Shown here: piece after piece, positions 19,540 to 28,967 of the stretch
Position numbering within the stretch: position 1 is the stretch's first letter
How the letters are laid out: every line of letters starts with the position of its first letter
Origin: an uncultured Gemmatimonadaceae bacterium
GTDB lineage: Bacteria; Gemmatimonadota; Gemmatimonadetes; Gemmatimonadales; Gemmatimonadaceae
Reading direction: 5' to 3'
Assembly: GCA_963790305.1 (NCBI GenBank)
Contig: CAWBOC010000005.1
Span: forward strand, 320,001 to 384,000
Length of the DNA: 64,000 bases
Position numbers and translations under genes: made by a program
Notes under the pieces: generated by a model
The model's input: only the letters and a program-made list of their open reading frames with translations
Told to the model about the DNA's origin: nothing
The model's database searches: none

Positions 19540-22500
19540 ATGCACCGCATGCTCAGACTCCGTGCGATCGCTGCGCTCGGCGTAGTCGCCGCGCTGGCTG
19601 CACTCTCCCCCTCGACGGTCGACGCCCAAGGCGTCACCACGGGCGCCGTCACTGGCGTGGTAACCGACGAATCGGCCCAGGGCGTCGAGAACGCGCAGAT
19701 CCAAGTCACGAACCGAGCGACCGGCTACACTGCCGGCTCGATGACTCGTGCGGGCGGCCGCTACTTCGTTCAGGGCCTCGAGATCGGCAGTCGATACGCA
19801 GTAACGGTTCGTCTCCTGGGTTACGCGCCCCAGACGATCGAGAACGTCACGCTCGTCCTGGGAACCGCGACAGCGGTGAACTTCCGCTTGCAGCGACAGG
19901 CGACTGAGCTCGCTGGAGTCACCGTGACGGCGACGCCCGCGGAGTTCTCGCCAACCCGACACGGCATTTCCACGGTCGTCTCCGACTCCGCTCTGCGGAA
20001 ACTGCCCTCGCTCGAACGCAACTTCACCGACTTCGTCGCACTCACTCCCCAGGTATCGACCAACGTCCGAACGGGCGGTCTCTCCGCCGGCGGGGTCAAC
20101 AACCGGTTCAATCACATTCAGATCGACGGCGCCTCGGAGACCGACCTGTTCGGCCTCGGGGCGACGGGACAACCTGGCGGACAGGCCAGCGGGAAGTCGA
20201 TCGCAATCGAGTCCGTGAAGGAGTACCAGGTCCTGCTGACGCCCTTCGACGTGCGGCAGGGGAACTTCGCGGGGCTGCTCGTCAACGCCGTTACCAAGAG
20301 CGGGACGAACGACTTTCACGGCACGGCATACGGGTTCACGCGCGGTGATGCCTATACTCGCTCGCAACCCTACATCGCGGACTACGAGAACACGCAGTAT
20401 GGATTTGCCGTGGGCGGTCCCGTTGTGCGCGACCGCGCGCACTTTTTCATCAACCCTGAATTCCAGCGCCTGAACGAGCCGGCGAGCGGAGTCTCGCTGG
20501 GAGCGAGCGGGCTCACGCTGACGCAGGCGAGAGTCGATAGTTTGAGCACGCTGCTCGCCCGGGACAACGTCCCCTCGGGCTCGGCCGGGCCAGTGACGAA
20601 CGACAACCCGCTCACCAACATTTTCGGGCGGGTCGACATCCAGCTGCCGTGGAATACGTCGCTCGTGCTCCGCCACAACTACGGCCGTGCCGAGGATGAC
20701 GTTTTTTCGCGCGGGAGTGCGGGACCGGTCTTCGATTTCCCACTCAGCAGCAACGCGTACTTCTTCGAGTCCACGAAGAACTCCACGGCGCTTCAGCTGC
20801 GGACGCAGTTCAGCAACACGCTGTTCAACGAGCTCATTGCCGGCTACAACACCATTCGGGATCGACGCACTCCGGTGGTGCGCTCGCCTGAGGTGACGGT
20901 CGCCGTGCCGGGCGCGACGTTGCGGTCCGGGGCCGAGCGGTTCTCGCACGCCAATGAGCTGGACCAGGACATGTTCGAGGTCACGAACAACGTCACGTGG
21001 ACCCGCGGTGACCACGCCATCACCATTGGCGGGCTCGCCAATTTCTTCAGTGTCCGGAACCTCTTCCGGCAGTCCTCCCTGGGTGCATGGCGGTTCGGGA
21101 GCCTCGACTCGCTCGAGACGCGGCTGCCTAACCAGTACATCATTGGCGTTCCCGTCGCGGGCGATGGTGCGGTGCGGTTCGATGCCGCCGTCTATGCCGG
21201 ATATTTGCAGGATCGGTGGCTCGTGTCGCCGAACCTGACCCTCTCGGCCGGAGTGCGCTTCGACATGCCTGTATTCAAGGACCGGCCGCCCAGCAATCCG
21301 ACGCTGCTCACGCAGCTCAATCGCAACACACGCGACATCCCCTCCGGCAACCTCCAGTGGTCACCGCGGGTGAGCTTCAACTGGGATGTGACTGGGGACC
21401 AGCGGAATCAGCTCCGGGGCGGAATAGGAGCGTTTACAGGGCACCCCGCCTACGTCTGGCTCAGCAATGCCTTCCAGAACTCCGGCCTGACCGGTGTCGC
21501 GCTTCTGACCTGCAACGCGCCGAACGCGCCTCAGTTCACCCCGGCGAACATTGCCACTCCGCCAACGCAGTGCACGAACGGGACGACCGCCAGCGCGGGC
21601 GCCGAGATCAACCTGCTCGCGAAGGATCTGCGGTTCCCGCAGACGGGGCGCGCTTCACTCGGGTACGATCGGGATCTGGGACGCGGTCTCGTCGCGACGC
21701 TCGAAGGCATGTACACCGTCGGCATGTACTCGCCCTTCTACGAGAACATCGCGCTCGCAGGCCCGCAGGGTGTCGACGCAAACGGCCGTGTCATGTACGG
21801 TCCGCGGCCCGCCACCCCGGTGCTGCGTGTCGCCGCGCGAAGTCAGGTGTTCGAGGCGCGGAACACCAAATGGGAAGACAGATATACGCAGCTCACGGCT
21901 GGGTTGAAGCGCCGCTTCGAGAACAACTGGGAGGGATCGTTCTTCTACACGTGGTCGCGCGCGCGCGACGTGGTGACCCTCACCTCGAGCACCGCCTTCT
22001 CTCAGCTACGCTTCGGCCGCGTGTGGGCCGGCAATCTCTCCGATACGCGGGCCACGCGCTCGTCGTTCGAGCAGCCGCACCGCATCGTCGCGACCGGTAT
22101 CTATACCTTCCCGACGCGGACATCGGTCTCCCTCATTTATCAGGGTGGATCGGGGAGGCCGTTCACGTACATCACCGACGGCGATCTCAACGGCAACAAC
22201 TTCACCTTGGATGATCCGATCTACGTGCCGACGGCGGCGGAAGTGCCGACAATGAACTTCCAGGCATACACGTCCGGCACGACGACGGTGACGCCGACCG
22301 AGCAGGCAACGGGATTCGAGCAGTTCATTCGGGGCATCGAGTGCCTGAGAGAGAATCGTGGGCGGATATTGCCGCGAAACGAGTGCGAGTCGCCATGGAC
22401 GAACACCCTCAATCTCTCCGTGAGCCAGGCGCTCCCCGTCTTCCGTCAACAGAACGTCTCCGTCCAGCTCGACGTGTTCAACTTCCTCAATCTGCTCAAC

Positions 22501-22707
22501 AAGGATTGGGGCGAGCGGACGTTCATCGATCCACAGGTCACGGCGCTGGCGTTCCGCGGACTGACCGTGCCTACGGGATCGCTCATTACTGGCGCCGCCA
22601 CGCCGACGCAGCCCATTTACCGGTTCACCGTGGGGCAGAGTCGGTACAGCTTCAACAACATCGACTCCAACTATCAGCTTCAGCTGTCGCTGCGCTACAG
22701 CTTCTAG
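19540..22707 (+). CDS. Oar-like TonB-dependent receptor with N-terminal carboxypeptidase-regulatory-like domain
   Basis: Signal peptide, GAVTGVVTD, IESVKEYQV...FDVRQGNFAG..VNAVTKSGTNDFHG, C-terminal LSLRYSF. Confidence 0.92.
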   Translation: MHRMLRLRAIAALGVVAALAALSPSTVDAQGVTTGAVTGVVTDESAQGVENAQIQVTNRATGYTAGSMTRAGGRYFVQGLEIGSRYAVTVRLLGYAPQTIENVTLVLGTATAVNFRLQRQATELAGVTVTATPAEFSPTRHGISTVVSDSALRKLPSLERNFTDFVALTPQVSTNVRTGGLSAGGVNNRFNHIQIDGASETDLFGLGATGQPGGQASGKSIAIESVKEYQVLLTPFDVRQGNFAGLLVNAVTKSGTNDFHGTAYGFTRGDAYTRSQPYIADYENTQYGFAVGGPVVRDRAHFFINPEFQRLNEPASGVSLGASGLTLTQARVDSLSTLLARDNVPSGSAGPVTNDNPLTNIFGRVDIQLPWNTSLVLRHNYGRAEDDVFSRGSAGPVFDFPLSSNAYFFESTKNSTALQLRTQFSNTLFNELIAGYNTIRDRRTPVVRSPEVTVAVPGATLRSGAERFSHANELDQDMFEVTNNVTWTRGDHAITIGGLANFFSVRNLFRQSSLGAWRFGSLDSLETRLPNQYIIGVPVAGDGAVRFDAAVYAGYLQDRWLVSPNLTLSAGVRFDMPVFKDRPPSNPTLLTQLNRNTRDIPSGNLQWSPRVSFNWDVTGDQRNQLRGGIGAFTGHPAYVWLSNAFQNSGLTGVALLTCNAPNAPQFTPANIATPPTQCTNGTTASAGAEINLLAKDLRFPQTGRASLGYDRDLGRGLVATLEGMYTVGMYSPFYENIALAGPQGVDANGRVMYGPRPATPVLRVAARSQVFEARNTKWEDRYTQLTAGLKRRFENNWEGSFFYTWSRARDVVTLTSSTAFSQLRFGRVWAGNLSDTRATRSSFEQPHRIVATGIYTFPTRTSVSLIYQGGSGRPFTYITDGDLNGNNFTLDDPIYVPTAAEVPTMNFQAYTSGTTTVTPTEQATGFEQFIRGIECLRENRGRILPRNECESPWTNTLNLSVSQALPVFRQQNVSVQLDVFNFLNLLNKDWGERTFIDPQVTALAFRGLTVPTGSLITGAATPTQPIYRFTVGQSRYSFNNIDSNYQLQLSLRYSF

Positions 22708-22737
22708 TTTGCTCGCTCAGTAGGAGAGTGGATAACG

Positions 22738-22767
22738 AACCGCCCTGGCAGGGAAGCCAGGGCGGTT
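22738..22767. terminator. Hairpin after the receptor, between convergent genes
   Basis: AACCGCCCTGGC-agggaa-GCCAGGGCGGTT. Confidence 0.75.
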
Positions 22768-22800
22768 TGTACGACGGTCCGTCGCCTCCTGTGCCTGGCC

Positions 22801-24528
22801 TTACAGCCCCCGGAGATTCCGGCGCCAGATGGCGCGGACAGCACCCAGGGACCAGCCCGCCGGCGCCGCGACGTTGGACGTAACTTGCGTCGGCCGGAAG
22901 ACGCTGGAGCGAGTTGGGAAGTAGCTCTTTGTCCCTGCGTCGACAACACGCTCGAAACAGTACACGAGATGGTCGGAGCCGTTAGGCCGGTAGGTAGATG
23001 GATATCCGCCAAAAAGTCGGCAGCTTCGAATCGTCCCGCCAACGTACGAGCCTGGGAAGTGAACCGCATCGAACGCCTCATTCGCCGGATCGGTCAGGTC
23101 GTACAGCATCGACGCCACAGGACCCTCGATGATCGATCCGTCGCCAGAGGAGTAATAGGCGTTGGATTCAATGTTCGGGAGAAAATACCCGACATCAGCG
23201 CCAAACGTGACGACGGCATGATAGTCGGCAAACCCCTCTCGGAAGGCGCATCCCAGCGTGCCGGGTCCGTAGATGTAGTGCGGGTCAGGACAAGGCCCAC
23301 CGTTGTGGTCATAGCCACCAAGGCCGCCGTAGTGCATCGCGTGTCCGTACTCATGCGCCTGCGTGAACGCACCGTAGGGTGAGTTGAACACCGCGCGGTT
23401 GTTGCCGGCGGTCGCGATCTCAATACGCTCCGGAGAGGGAAAGTACCTGCTCACCGGGATGGTGTTCAGGAGAGCGACGCTAACTCTGCCTCGCGAAGCG
23501 CTGAAGAAGGCACGCGAGGCAGGAATGATTCGCGTCATGTTGACATAGACGTGACTGGGATCAGAGGGGAGAATGATCGTCTCGAGAGCGACGCTGCAAT
23601 CCCTGCCGCCATACGAGTAGCGCCCGTTTTGGATAAAGACATCCGGGTTACCCAGGTCGAGATAGCTCTCCACTCGCGTGTTCGGGTACGAGTAGCAGGG
23701 CGCCGGGACCAAGCCATTCGCGTCGGCGATAGCGCTCCACGTTCCCAGGAGTGTGCCGTCGATGGCGTCGTATTCCTCAAAGTAGAACCAGGCTCCTGCG
23801 ACGGGTCGATACACGCCCAGCTCTGAGTGGTAGTAGACAAACTGAAATTGTGCGTTGTCGACCGCTTGGGCCGACGGATCGTCTCGCGGTGTCGCGCCTG
23901 GTGCCTTGTGAGCTGCCGTCAGCCGGAACGGACCTGGCGAAGGCACGAATTGTTTCTCGAAGGTGACCGCTTCCTGAGTGAGTGTGACACCGCCGCCTCG
24001 TTCGCTGACCCGAACCCACACCTCCTTGAACTGCGTGTGGTGTATCGCGACGCTGCCCTCGAAGTCGGGTTCCGATGACCGCTTCACCACAATGGCGAGA
24101 ACACGGTAGACGCCAGCCGCGGGAATCGTGATCCTGGCGTTTGCCTCGAGCTCCGCACCGGCGGGTAGAGGCGCTCGTTGTTCCGAGACTGAGCCAATGG
24201 TGAGACCAACCGGACTCCGATCGACGCGCCAATTTGTCTGGCGGGCGAACTCGACCTCCGGCAGCACAATGCGAAAGTCGACCTCCGCCGTGGACAAGAG
24301 ACCGCGTACCCAGGCTCTGACCTGAAAGGGCTCTCCTGGCTTCAATGAGCCAGCAACCGACACGTTCAGATGGAATCTGTCGCGGGCCTGAGGCTCCAGA
24401 TGATCGTCCGCAGTTACGTCAGGTCGGTCCTGCTCCAGGATCGGTGCGATTGGCGCGGCTTCATCGCTACAGCCACCAAGAACCAGCGCCGCACCCACAA
24501 GCGACGCCACGCAGCGAGCAACTCTCAT
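22801..24528 (-). CDS. Lipoprotein with HExxH zinc-metallopeptidase motif
   Basis: RBS GGAGG; lipobox LGGC; AHEYGHAMH with downstream FREGFADY. Confidence 0.7.
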   Translation of the reverse strand: MRVARCVASLVGAALVLGGCSDEAAPIAPILEQDRPDVTADDHLEPQARDRFHLNVSVAGSLKPGEPFQVRAWVRGLLSTAEVDFRIVLPEVEFARQTNWRVDRSPVGLTIGSVSEQRAPLPAGAELEANARITIPAAGVYRVLAIVVKRSSEPDFEGSVAIHHTQFKEVWVRVSERGGGVTLTQEAVTFEKQFVPSPGPFRLTAAHKAPGATPRDDPSAQAVDNAQFQFVYYHSELGVYRPVAGAWFYFEEYDAIDGTLLGTWSAIADANGLVPAPCYSYPNTRVESYLDLGNPDVFIQNGRYSYGGRDCSVALETIILPSDPSHVYVNMTRIIPASRAFFSASRGRVSVALLNTIPVSRYFPSPERIEIATAGNNRAVFNSPYGAFTQAHEYGHAMHYGGLGGYDHNGGPCPDPHYIYGPGTLGCAFREGFADYHAVVTFGADVGYFLPNIESNAYYSSGDGSIIEGPVASMLYDLTDPANEAFDAVHFPGSYVGGTIRSCRLFGGYPSTYRPNGSDHLVYCFERVVDAGTKSYFPTRSSVFRPTQVTSNVAAPAGWSLGAVRAIWRRNLRGL

Positions 24529-24780
24529 GTACGACCTCCGGCGTTGAGGATTCGCCGCGACCAGGCGGCCGTGCCCCTTCCACTGGTTGCGTGCGCAACA
24601 GTAGTTGGCCTCGGTGGTGGGGCAAGCGCCGTTTTGCGACACGTTAGGCCACTTTTCGGACAGCACGTGGCGGAACCAATCGTTAGGAAATCCTCACCAC
24701 GCGGAAGCTTTGAGCATTGGCTGAAAAAAAGGCCGAGGAAGCGTATCCTCGGCCACCGTGTTCGTACCCGCGTCGCGGCG

Positions 24781-26352
24781 TTACTTCAGGATTCCCTCCG
24801 CCTTCGCGAACGCCTCCACTGCGCGCTTGACGTCGCCGCTCTGCACCGCCGCGAGACGATAAAACCCCGCATCGCCCCACTTCGCCTGCGCCACCCACCT
24901 AACGATCGCGCGCTCCAGCCGAGTATCGACCTCGGCGCCATCGGGAATCGTCACACCCTGCTCCAGGGCGAACCGCCGAAAGTCGGCCACAGCCCCCGGA
25001 GCCGCCTTCCCCGATGCAGCCAATGCATCGAGGGTGGAGTACGTCCCGGCTGCGGCCGTCACATGGCCCGCGATCCACTTGAGATCGAGTCGCTCCTCGT
25101 GCACGCGCGCCAGCCAGAGCGGGTCAGGGTCGCCCTCGGGGAACACGATGTCCGGATAAATGCCCCCTCCGCCGTACACCACACGCCCGCTCGCCGTCTT
25201 GCACGACGGCCGGCCCACGGTGTCACGGTCTGCACCAGCGAGCCGGTAGTAGTCGCGACGGGTGATCCCGTGATAGCGGCGCTGCACGATACGCCCGCAC
25301 GGTGTGCGCACATGTCCGATCACGAGCATGGCGACGGAGCCATCCGTCAACGGGAATCCCTGCATCAGCAGCGACTTGCCGAAGCTCGGACGGCCGACGA
25401 TCAAGGCTCGATCGTGATCCTGCAGCGCACCCGCGACGAGCTCCGAAGCACTGGCGGTGCCGTCGTTCACCATCACCACGATCGGATATCGCTTCTCACG
25501 ACTCCAGAACGAGCGACCGACACGGCCGGTATCGCTCACCTCCTGCTTGCGACCCTGCTGTGTGTAAATCAGGGCGCCTTTCGGTAGAAACTCGCCGGCC
25601 ACTTTCGCCGCTTCGTCGACGAGCCCGCCACCGTTGTCCCGGAGATCCAGGATCAGTCGCTTCATGCCCTCGTGCTCGAGTCGTGAGAGCGCATCGTGCA
25701 AATCGTCGGAGACCTTGTCCGACCCGAACGGGATGAGCCGCACGTAGCCGGTTGTCGGGTCGAGAAGGAACGACGCAACCACCGCGCTCTCCTCCCCGGG
25801 CCACTCCCGCTTCACCTCACGGTCGAGCTGCACGCGTGAGCCGTCGAGCCTCCTCCGCTCCAGCGTTAGGCGCACCCGGGAGTTCTTGGCGCCGGCGAGG
25901 GCGATCTCGAGCTCGCCGGCACTCGCCCATGGGACGGGCTTGCCATCGACGGCGATCAGCTCATCACCAGGGAGAATGTCACTCCGCGCTGCCTCCGTCC
26001 CCGGCGCCACGGAAATCACGACCGGCGCACCCTCGACCATTCCGAAGTTCACCGGCACCGGATGCATCTTCCGCTCGCGGTATGCCTTCTCCTTCTCGGG
26101 CGTCAGCTGATAGTACGCGTAGACCCACGAGTGAGGATCCGCCGCCGCTATCATCCCGCGAATCGCGGACATGATGAGCTTGTGGGAATCCAGCGAGTCC
26201 GGATGGTTCACGCGTAGCTGATTGAGCACCTGACTGAACAGCTGCAGGTCCTCGTACATCGTACGCTTCCGGATCACCCGCGCGCTGTCCTGCGCGAAGG
26301 CAGCGGGCATGAGCACTGCCACCCCCGCCACCGCGAGGAGAAGTCTGCGCAC
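24781..26352 (-). CDS. S41 C-terminal processing peptidase (CtpA/Prc-like)
   Basis: PDZ region, LILDLRDNGGG, TASASELVAGALQD, SFGKS. Confidence 0.92.
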   Translation of the reverse strand: MRRLLLAVAGVAVLMPAAFAQDSARVIRKRTMYEDLQLFSQVLNQLRVNHPDSLDSHKLIMSAIRGMIAAADPHSWVYAYYQLTPEKEKAYRERKMHPVPVNFGMVEGAPVVISVAPGTEAARSDILPGDELIAVDGKPVPWASAGELEIALAGAKNSRVRLTLERRRLDGSRVQLDREVKREWPGEESAVVASFLLDPTTGYVRLIPFGSDKVSDDLHDALSRLEHEGMKRLILDLRDNGGGLVDEAAKVAGEFLPKGALIYTQQGRKQEVSDTGRVGRSFWSREKRYPIVVMVNDGTASASELVAGALQDHDRALIVGRPSFGKSLLMQGFPLTDGSVAMLVIGHVRTPCGRIVQRRYHGITRRDYYRLAGADRDTVGRPSCKTASGRVVYGGGGIYPDIVFPEGDPDPLWLARVHEERLDLKWIAGHVTAAAGTYSTLDALAASGKAAPGAVADFRRFALEQGVTIPDGAEVDTRLERAIVRWVAQAKWGDAGFYRLAAVQSGDVKRAVEAFAKAEGILK

Positions 26353-26353
26353 G

Positions 26354-27520
26354 TTACTTTCCTCCCACCGACGACAGTGCGGTCAATCGCGCCTGGGCCA
26401 GGGGTCTCAGCTCGTGGTTCTGCGCCGCGATCGCCATGAACTTTTTGTACCGCTCCACGGCTTCCGCGGTCTTGCCAAGCCCGTCGTAGGCGTTCGCGAG
26501 CACGGCGTACGAGCGCGCGTACCATGGCTCGAGCTCGATCGCCCGCAACAAGTGCGGCTCTGCCTCCGCATGCTTTCCGAGCATCACCAGCACCGTGCCG
26601 TACTCGGCGCGCAACGGAGCGTCATCGTTGTTCAGCTCGACGGCAAGCTGGTACTCGGAGAGTGCCGTTGCCGTGTCACCCGTCTTCAGCGAAAGCGCCG
26701 CCAGGCGTTGGTGCGCGACATAGAACGAAAGATCTTCCGTCAGCGCGCGCCCAAGCGCTTCCCGTGCCTCCTGAAGCTTGCCCGCCTGGATGTACGCGTT
26801 GGCGATGCTGTACTCGTACATCGCCTTCGATTCGTAGAGCACGACGAGATCCTCGTCGTCGTCCTTGCGATACCCCGCGAGCGCCAGGTTCAATTCGGCG
26901 ACCGTGCTGTCGAACCGATTCATGTGATAGAAAGCACGTGCGCGCTCGGCATGCAGCTCGTAGTCCTTCGGCTCCTTCTCGATCGCCCTCGCGTACAACT
27001 CGACTGCTTGCTGAAAGTTGGTCTGACTGTACGCGAACCACGCGCGCATCTCCGGATCCCCGCTGATCATGCCATGCTGTCCAGTGAACTCCTGGTACAG
27101 TCGGTCGATGAGCATCTTGTCGTGCCGGCGGAAAAAGAACGGATCGCGCAGCAGGGCACGAAAGTGCAGCGAGTCAGCCCGTCTGACGTCGGCCGACTTC
27201 AGGACGTACTTCGTCCCAATGAGGTACTTCCAGAAGCGGTCGAGGTTCGACATGTGAAACGCGATGCGCTGCGCATACAGTGGATCGGCCCATGCCGGAT
27301 CGAGCCGCGAGGCCCAGTAGAATGCGTCCTCTGCGCTCCGGGGACTCGATTCGAGTTGGCCAAGCCCCCAGTAGTAGTAGGCGCCAGCGCTGTTGGTATC
27401 GCGTCCGGCCTGCATCTTCGGGCGCTTGGGTTCCTTTGGCTTCTTCTGCGCGTCGGCCACGGTGGCAAACAGAAGAGCGGCGACGACGAGGGAGGCGGCA
27501 CGGAGCGCTCGCATGGGCAT
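26354..27520 (-). CDS. Exported tetratricopeptide-repeat protein
   Basis: Signal peptide ending ADA; multiple TPRs (YARAIEKEP, YQLAVELNN, LLRAIELEP); ends 1 nt before the S41 start. Confidence 0.85.
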   Translation of the reverse strand: MPMRALRAASLVVAALLFATVADAQKKPKEPKRPKMQAGRDTNSAGAYYYWGLGQLESSPRSAEDAFYWASRLDPAWADPLYAQRIAFHMSNLDRFWKYLIGTKYVLKSADVRRADSLHFRALLRDPFFFRRHDKMLIDRLYQEFTGQHGMISGDPEMRAWFAYSQTNFQQAVELYARAIEKEPKDYELHAERARAFYHMNRFDSTVAELNLALAGYRKDDDEDLVVLYESKAMYEYSIANAYIQAGKLQEAREALGRALTEDLSFYVAHQRLAALSLKTGDTATALSEYQLAVELNNDDAPLRAEYGTVLVMLGKHAEAEPHLLRAIELEPWYARSYAVLANAYDGLGKTAEAVERYKKFMAIAAQNHELRPLAQARLTALSSVGGK

Positions 27521-27868
27521 CCTTCGGAATGAGTGACTGGGCCTGTGTGTCGCCGAGGGCGACATAAGCGTCAGACTAGGGGGCCACGGTTCGAGCACGT
27601 GGCGCTAGGAGTATGAGGTGAGCTACCTGCGGGCTGACAAATCCGGCGACTATCGCCCCCGCGTCGTCCTCGACGCGCGTCAGGCGGAACGGGTCACGAT
27701 TTTGTTAGGGTACAATGCCTGACGATTGCTCGCCAGTGTCTGATGGACACGAACCGAACATCCTCCACGGGCAGGCCCATTTACAAGGCACGCTCTTGGC
27801 AATACTATCGGACAGGCAGGCGCTCTCTGCACCTGCCGTCGCCGCCGCGTGAACGGCGTGGCGGTACT

Positions 27869-27902
27869 GCCCCCCAGGCCTAGCCTGGGGGGCTCTTTTC
27901 TT
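27869..27902 (+). terminator. Rho-independent terminator, plus-strand orientation
   Basis: GCCCCCCAGGC-cta-GCCTGGGGGGC followed by TCTTTTCTT. Confidence 0.75.
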
Positions 27903-27908
27903 GAGGGC

Positions 27909-27972
27909 AATGCGGAACGCAAAAAACGGAATGCGGGAGGTCTCCCCCTCCGCATTCCGCTTTCCCGTATTC
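27909..27972. repeat. Heptamer-built inverted repeat (GGAATGC type)
   Basis: AATGCGGAAC...CGGAATGCGG / CCGCATTCCG...CCGTATT; related to 37195 and 48440. Confidence 0.7.
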
Positions 27973-27982
27973 TCCTCGCTTC

Positions 27983-28894
27983 TCAGCGGTCTTTAAGCCT
28001 CTTACTCATTTCCTCCAGCAGCTTTCGCTCTTCGCTCGTCAGGCTCGACAGGCCTTTCTCGCTGATCTTGTCGAGCACGCGATCGAGCGCTTCGGCTTTC
28101 GCGTCGCGCGCATGAGCGACGGGGGTCGCCGTGGCGGGGCGGCGCGGCGCGGCGAGCGCCTTGTTGCTTCGGGCAATCACCTCGTCGATTCCCTCGCGGC
28201 GCTCGGAGTCACGAGGGCGTGAACGCGGAATCGCCCGTGGCGGCTCGTCGGGGACATCGGGGAGCGGCGACATTCGCTCGCGTAGACGTTCGAGGCTCAC
28301 ACCGGCCGAAATCCAGCGCAGGTACAGCCAGCCAAACGCGAAGCCGCCGAGGTGAGCGAAGTAGGCGACGTTCGGCGATGCGCCAATCACGCCCAGGCCC
28401 CGGGTCAAATCGAGCACCGCGAGCCCGGCCACGAGCCACTTCACCTTCACCGGCACCAGGAAGAACAGGACTTCGTCGTCCGGCCACCGCATCGCGTACG
28501 CGAGCATTACGCCGTAAACCGCGCCCGACGCGCCAATGAGCGTTCCATCGCGCGTGATCATCAAATGCATGAGCCACGCACCGAGCCCGCACCACACGTA
28601 ATACAGTCCGAAGCTCCGCGGATTCCACGCCTGTTCGACGCGTCGTCCGAAGAGCCACAGCGAGTACATGTTGAAGAAAATGTGCAGGAAATCGCCGTGG
28701 ACGAACATGTACGTCAACACGGTCCACGGCTGCTCGGTGAGATCGCGCACGTGGAACCCGAGCCCGGCCTGGATGTCGGCGCGATCGATCATCGTCATCT
28801 GGAGGAAATAGACGACGACATTCATCGCGATGAGCCACCGCACCGCGGGGGTCATCCGCGGTGGCTCGAGATCATCCGTGACGGTAAACGACAT
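27983..28894 (-). CDS. Rhomboid intramembrane serine protease with C-terminal soluble tail
   Basis: HIFFNM, IGASGAVYG, AHLGG; tail LDRVLDKISEKGLSSLTSEE. Confidence 0.92.
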   Translation of the reverse strand: MSFTVTDDLEPPRMTPAVRWLIAMNVVVYFLQMTMIDRADIQAGLGFHVRDLTEQPWTVLTYMFVHGDFLHIFFNMYSLWLFGRRVEQAWNPRSFGLYYVWCGLGAWLMHLMITRDGTLIGASGAVYGVMLAYAMRWPDDEVLFFLVPVKVKWLVAGLAVLDLTRGLGVIGASPNVAYFAHLGGFAFGWLYLRWISAGVSLERLRERMSPLPDVPDEPPRAIPRSRPRDSERREGIDEVIARSNKALAAPRRPATATPVAHARDAKAEALDRVLDKISEKGLSSLTSEERKLLEEMSKRLKDR

Positions 28895-28967
28895 GCGGCT
28901 GCTCCTGCGCTGCCCGTGCCACTAATAACCGCGCGTTCGGCCGCGAGTTCCGCGGGGCCCTTGCCGG

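Noticed and set aside
27589..27902. tmRNA (GGGGGCCACGGTTCGA start and an ORF ending AVAAA)
   Set aside because: No tRNA-like 3' end with T-arm and CCA; the resemblance is superficial. The region is kept only as an unassigned candidate.
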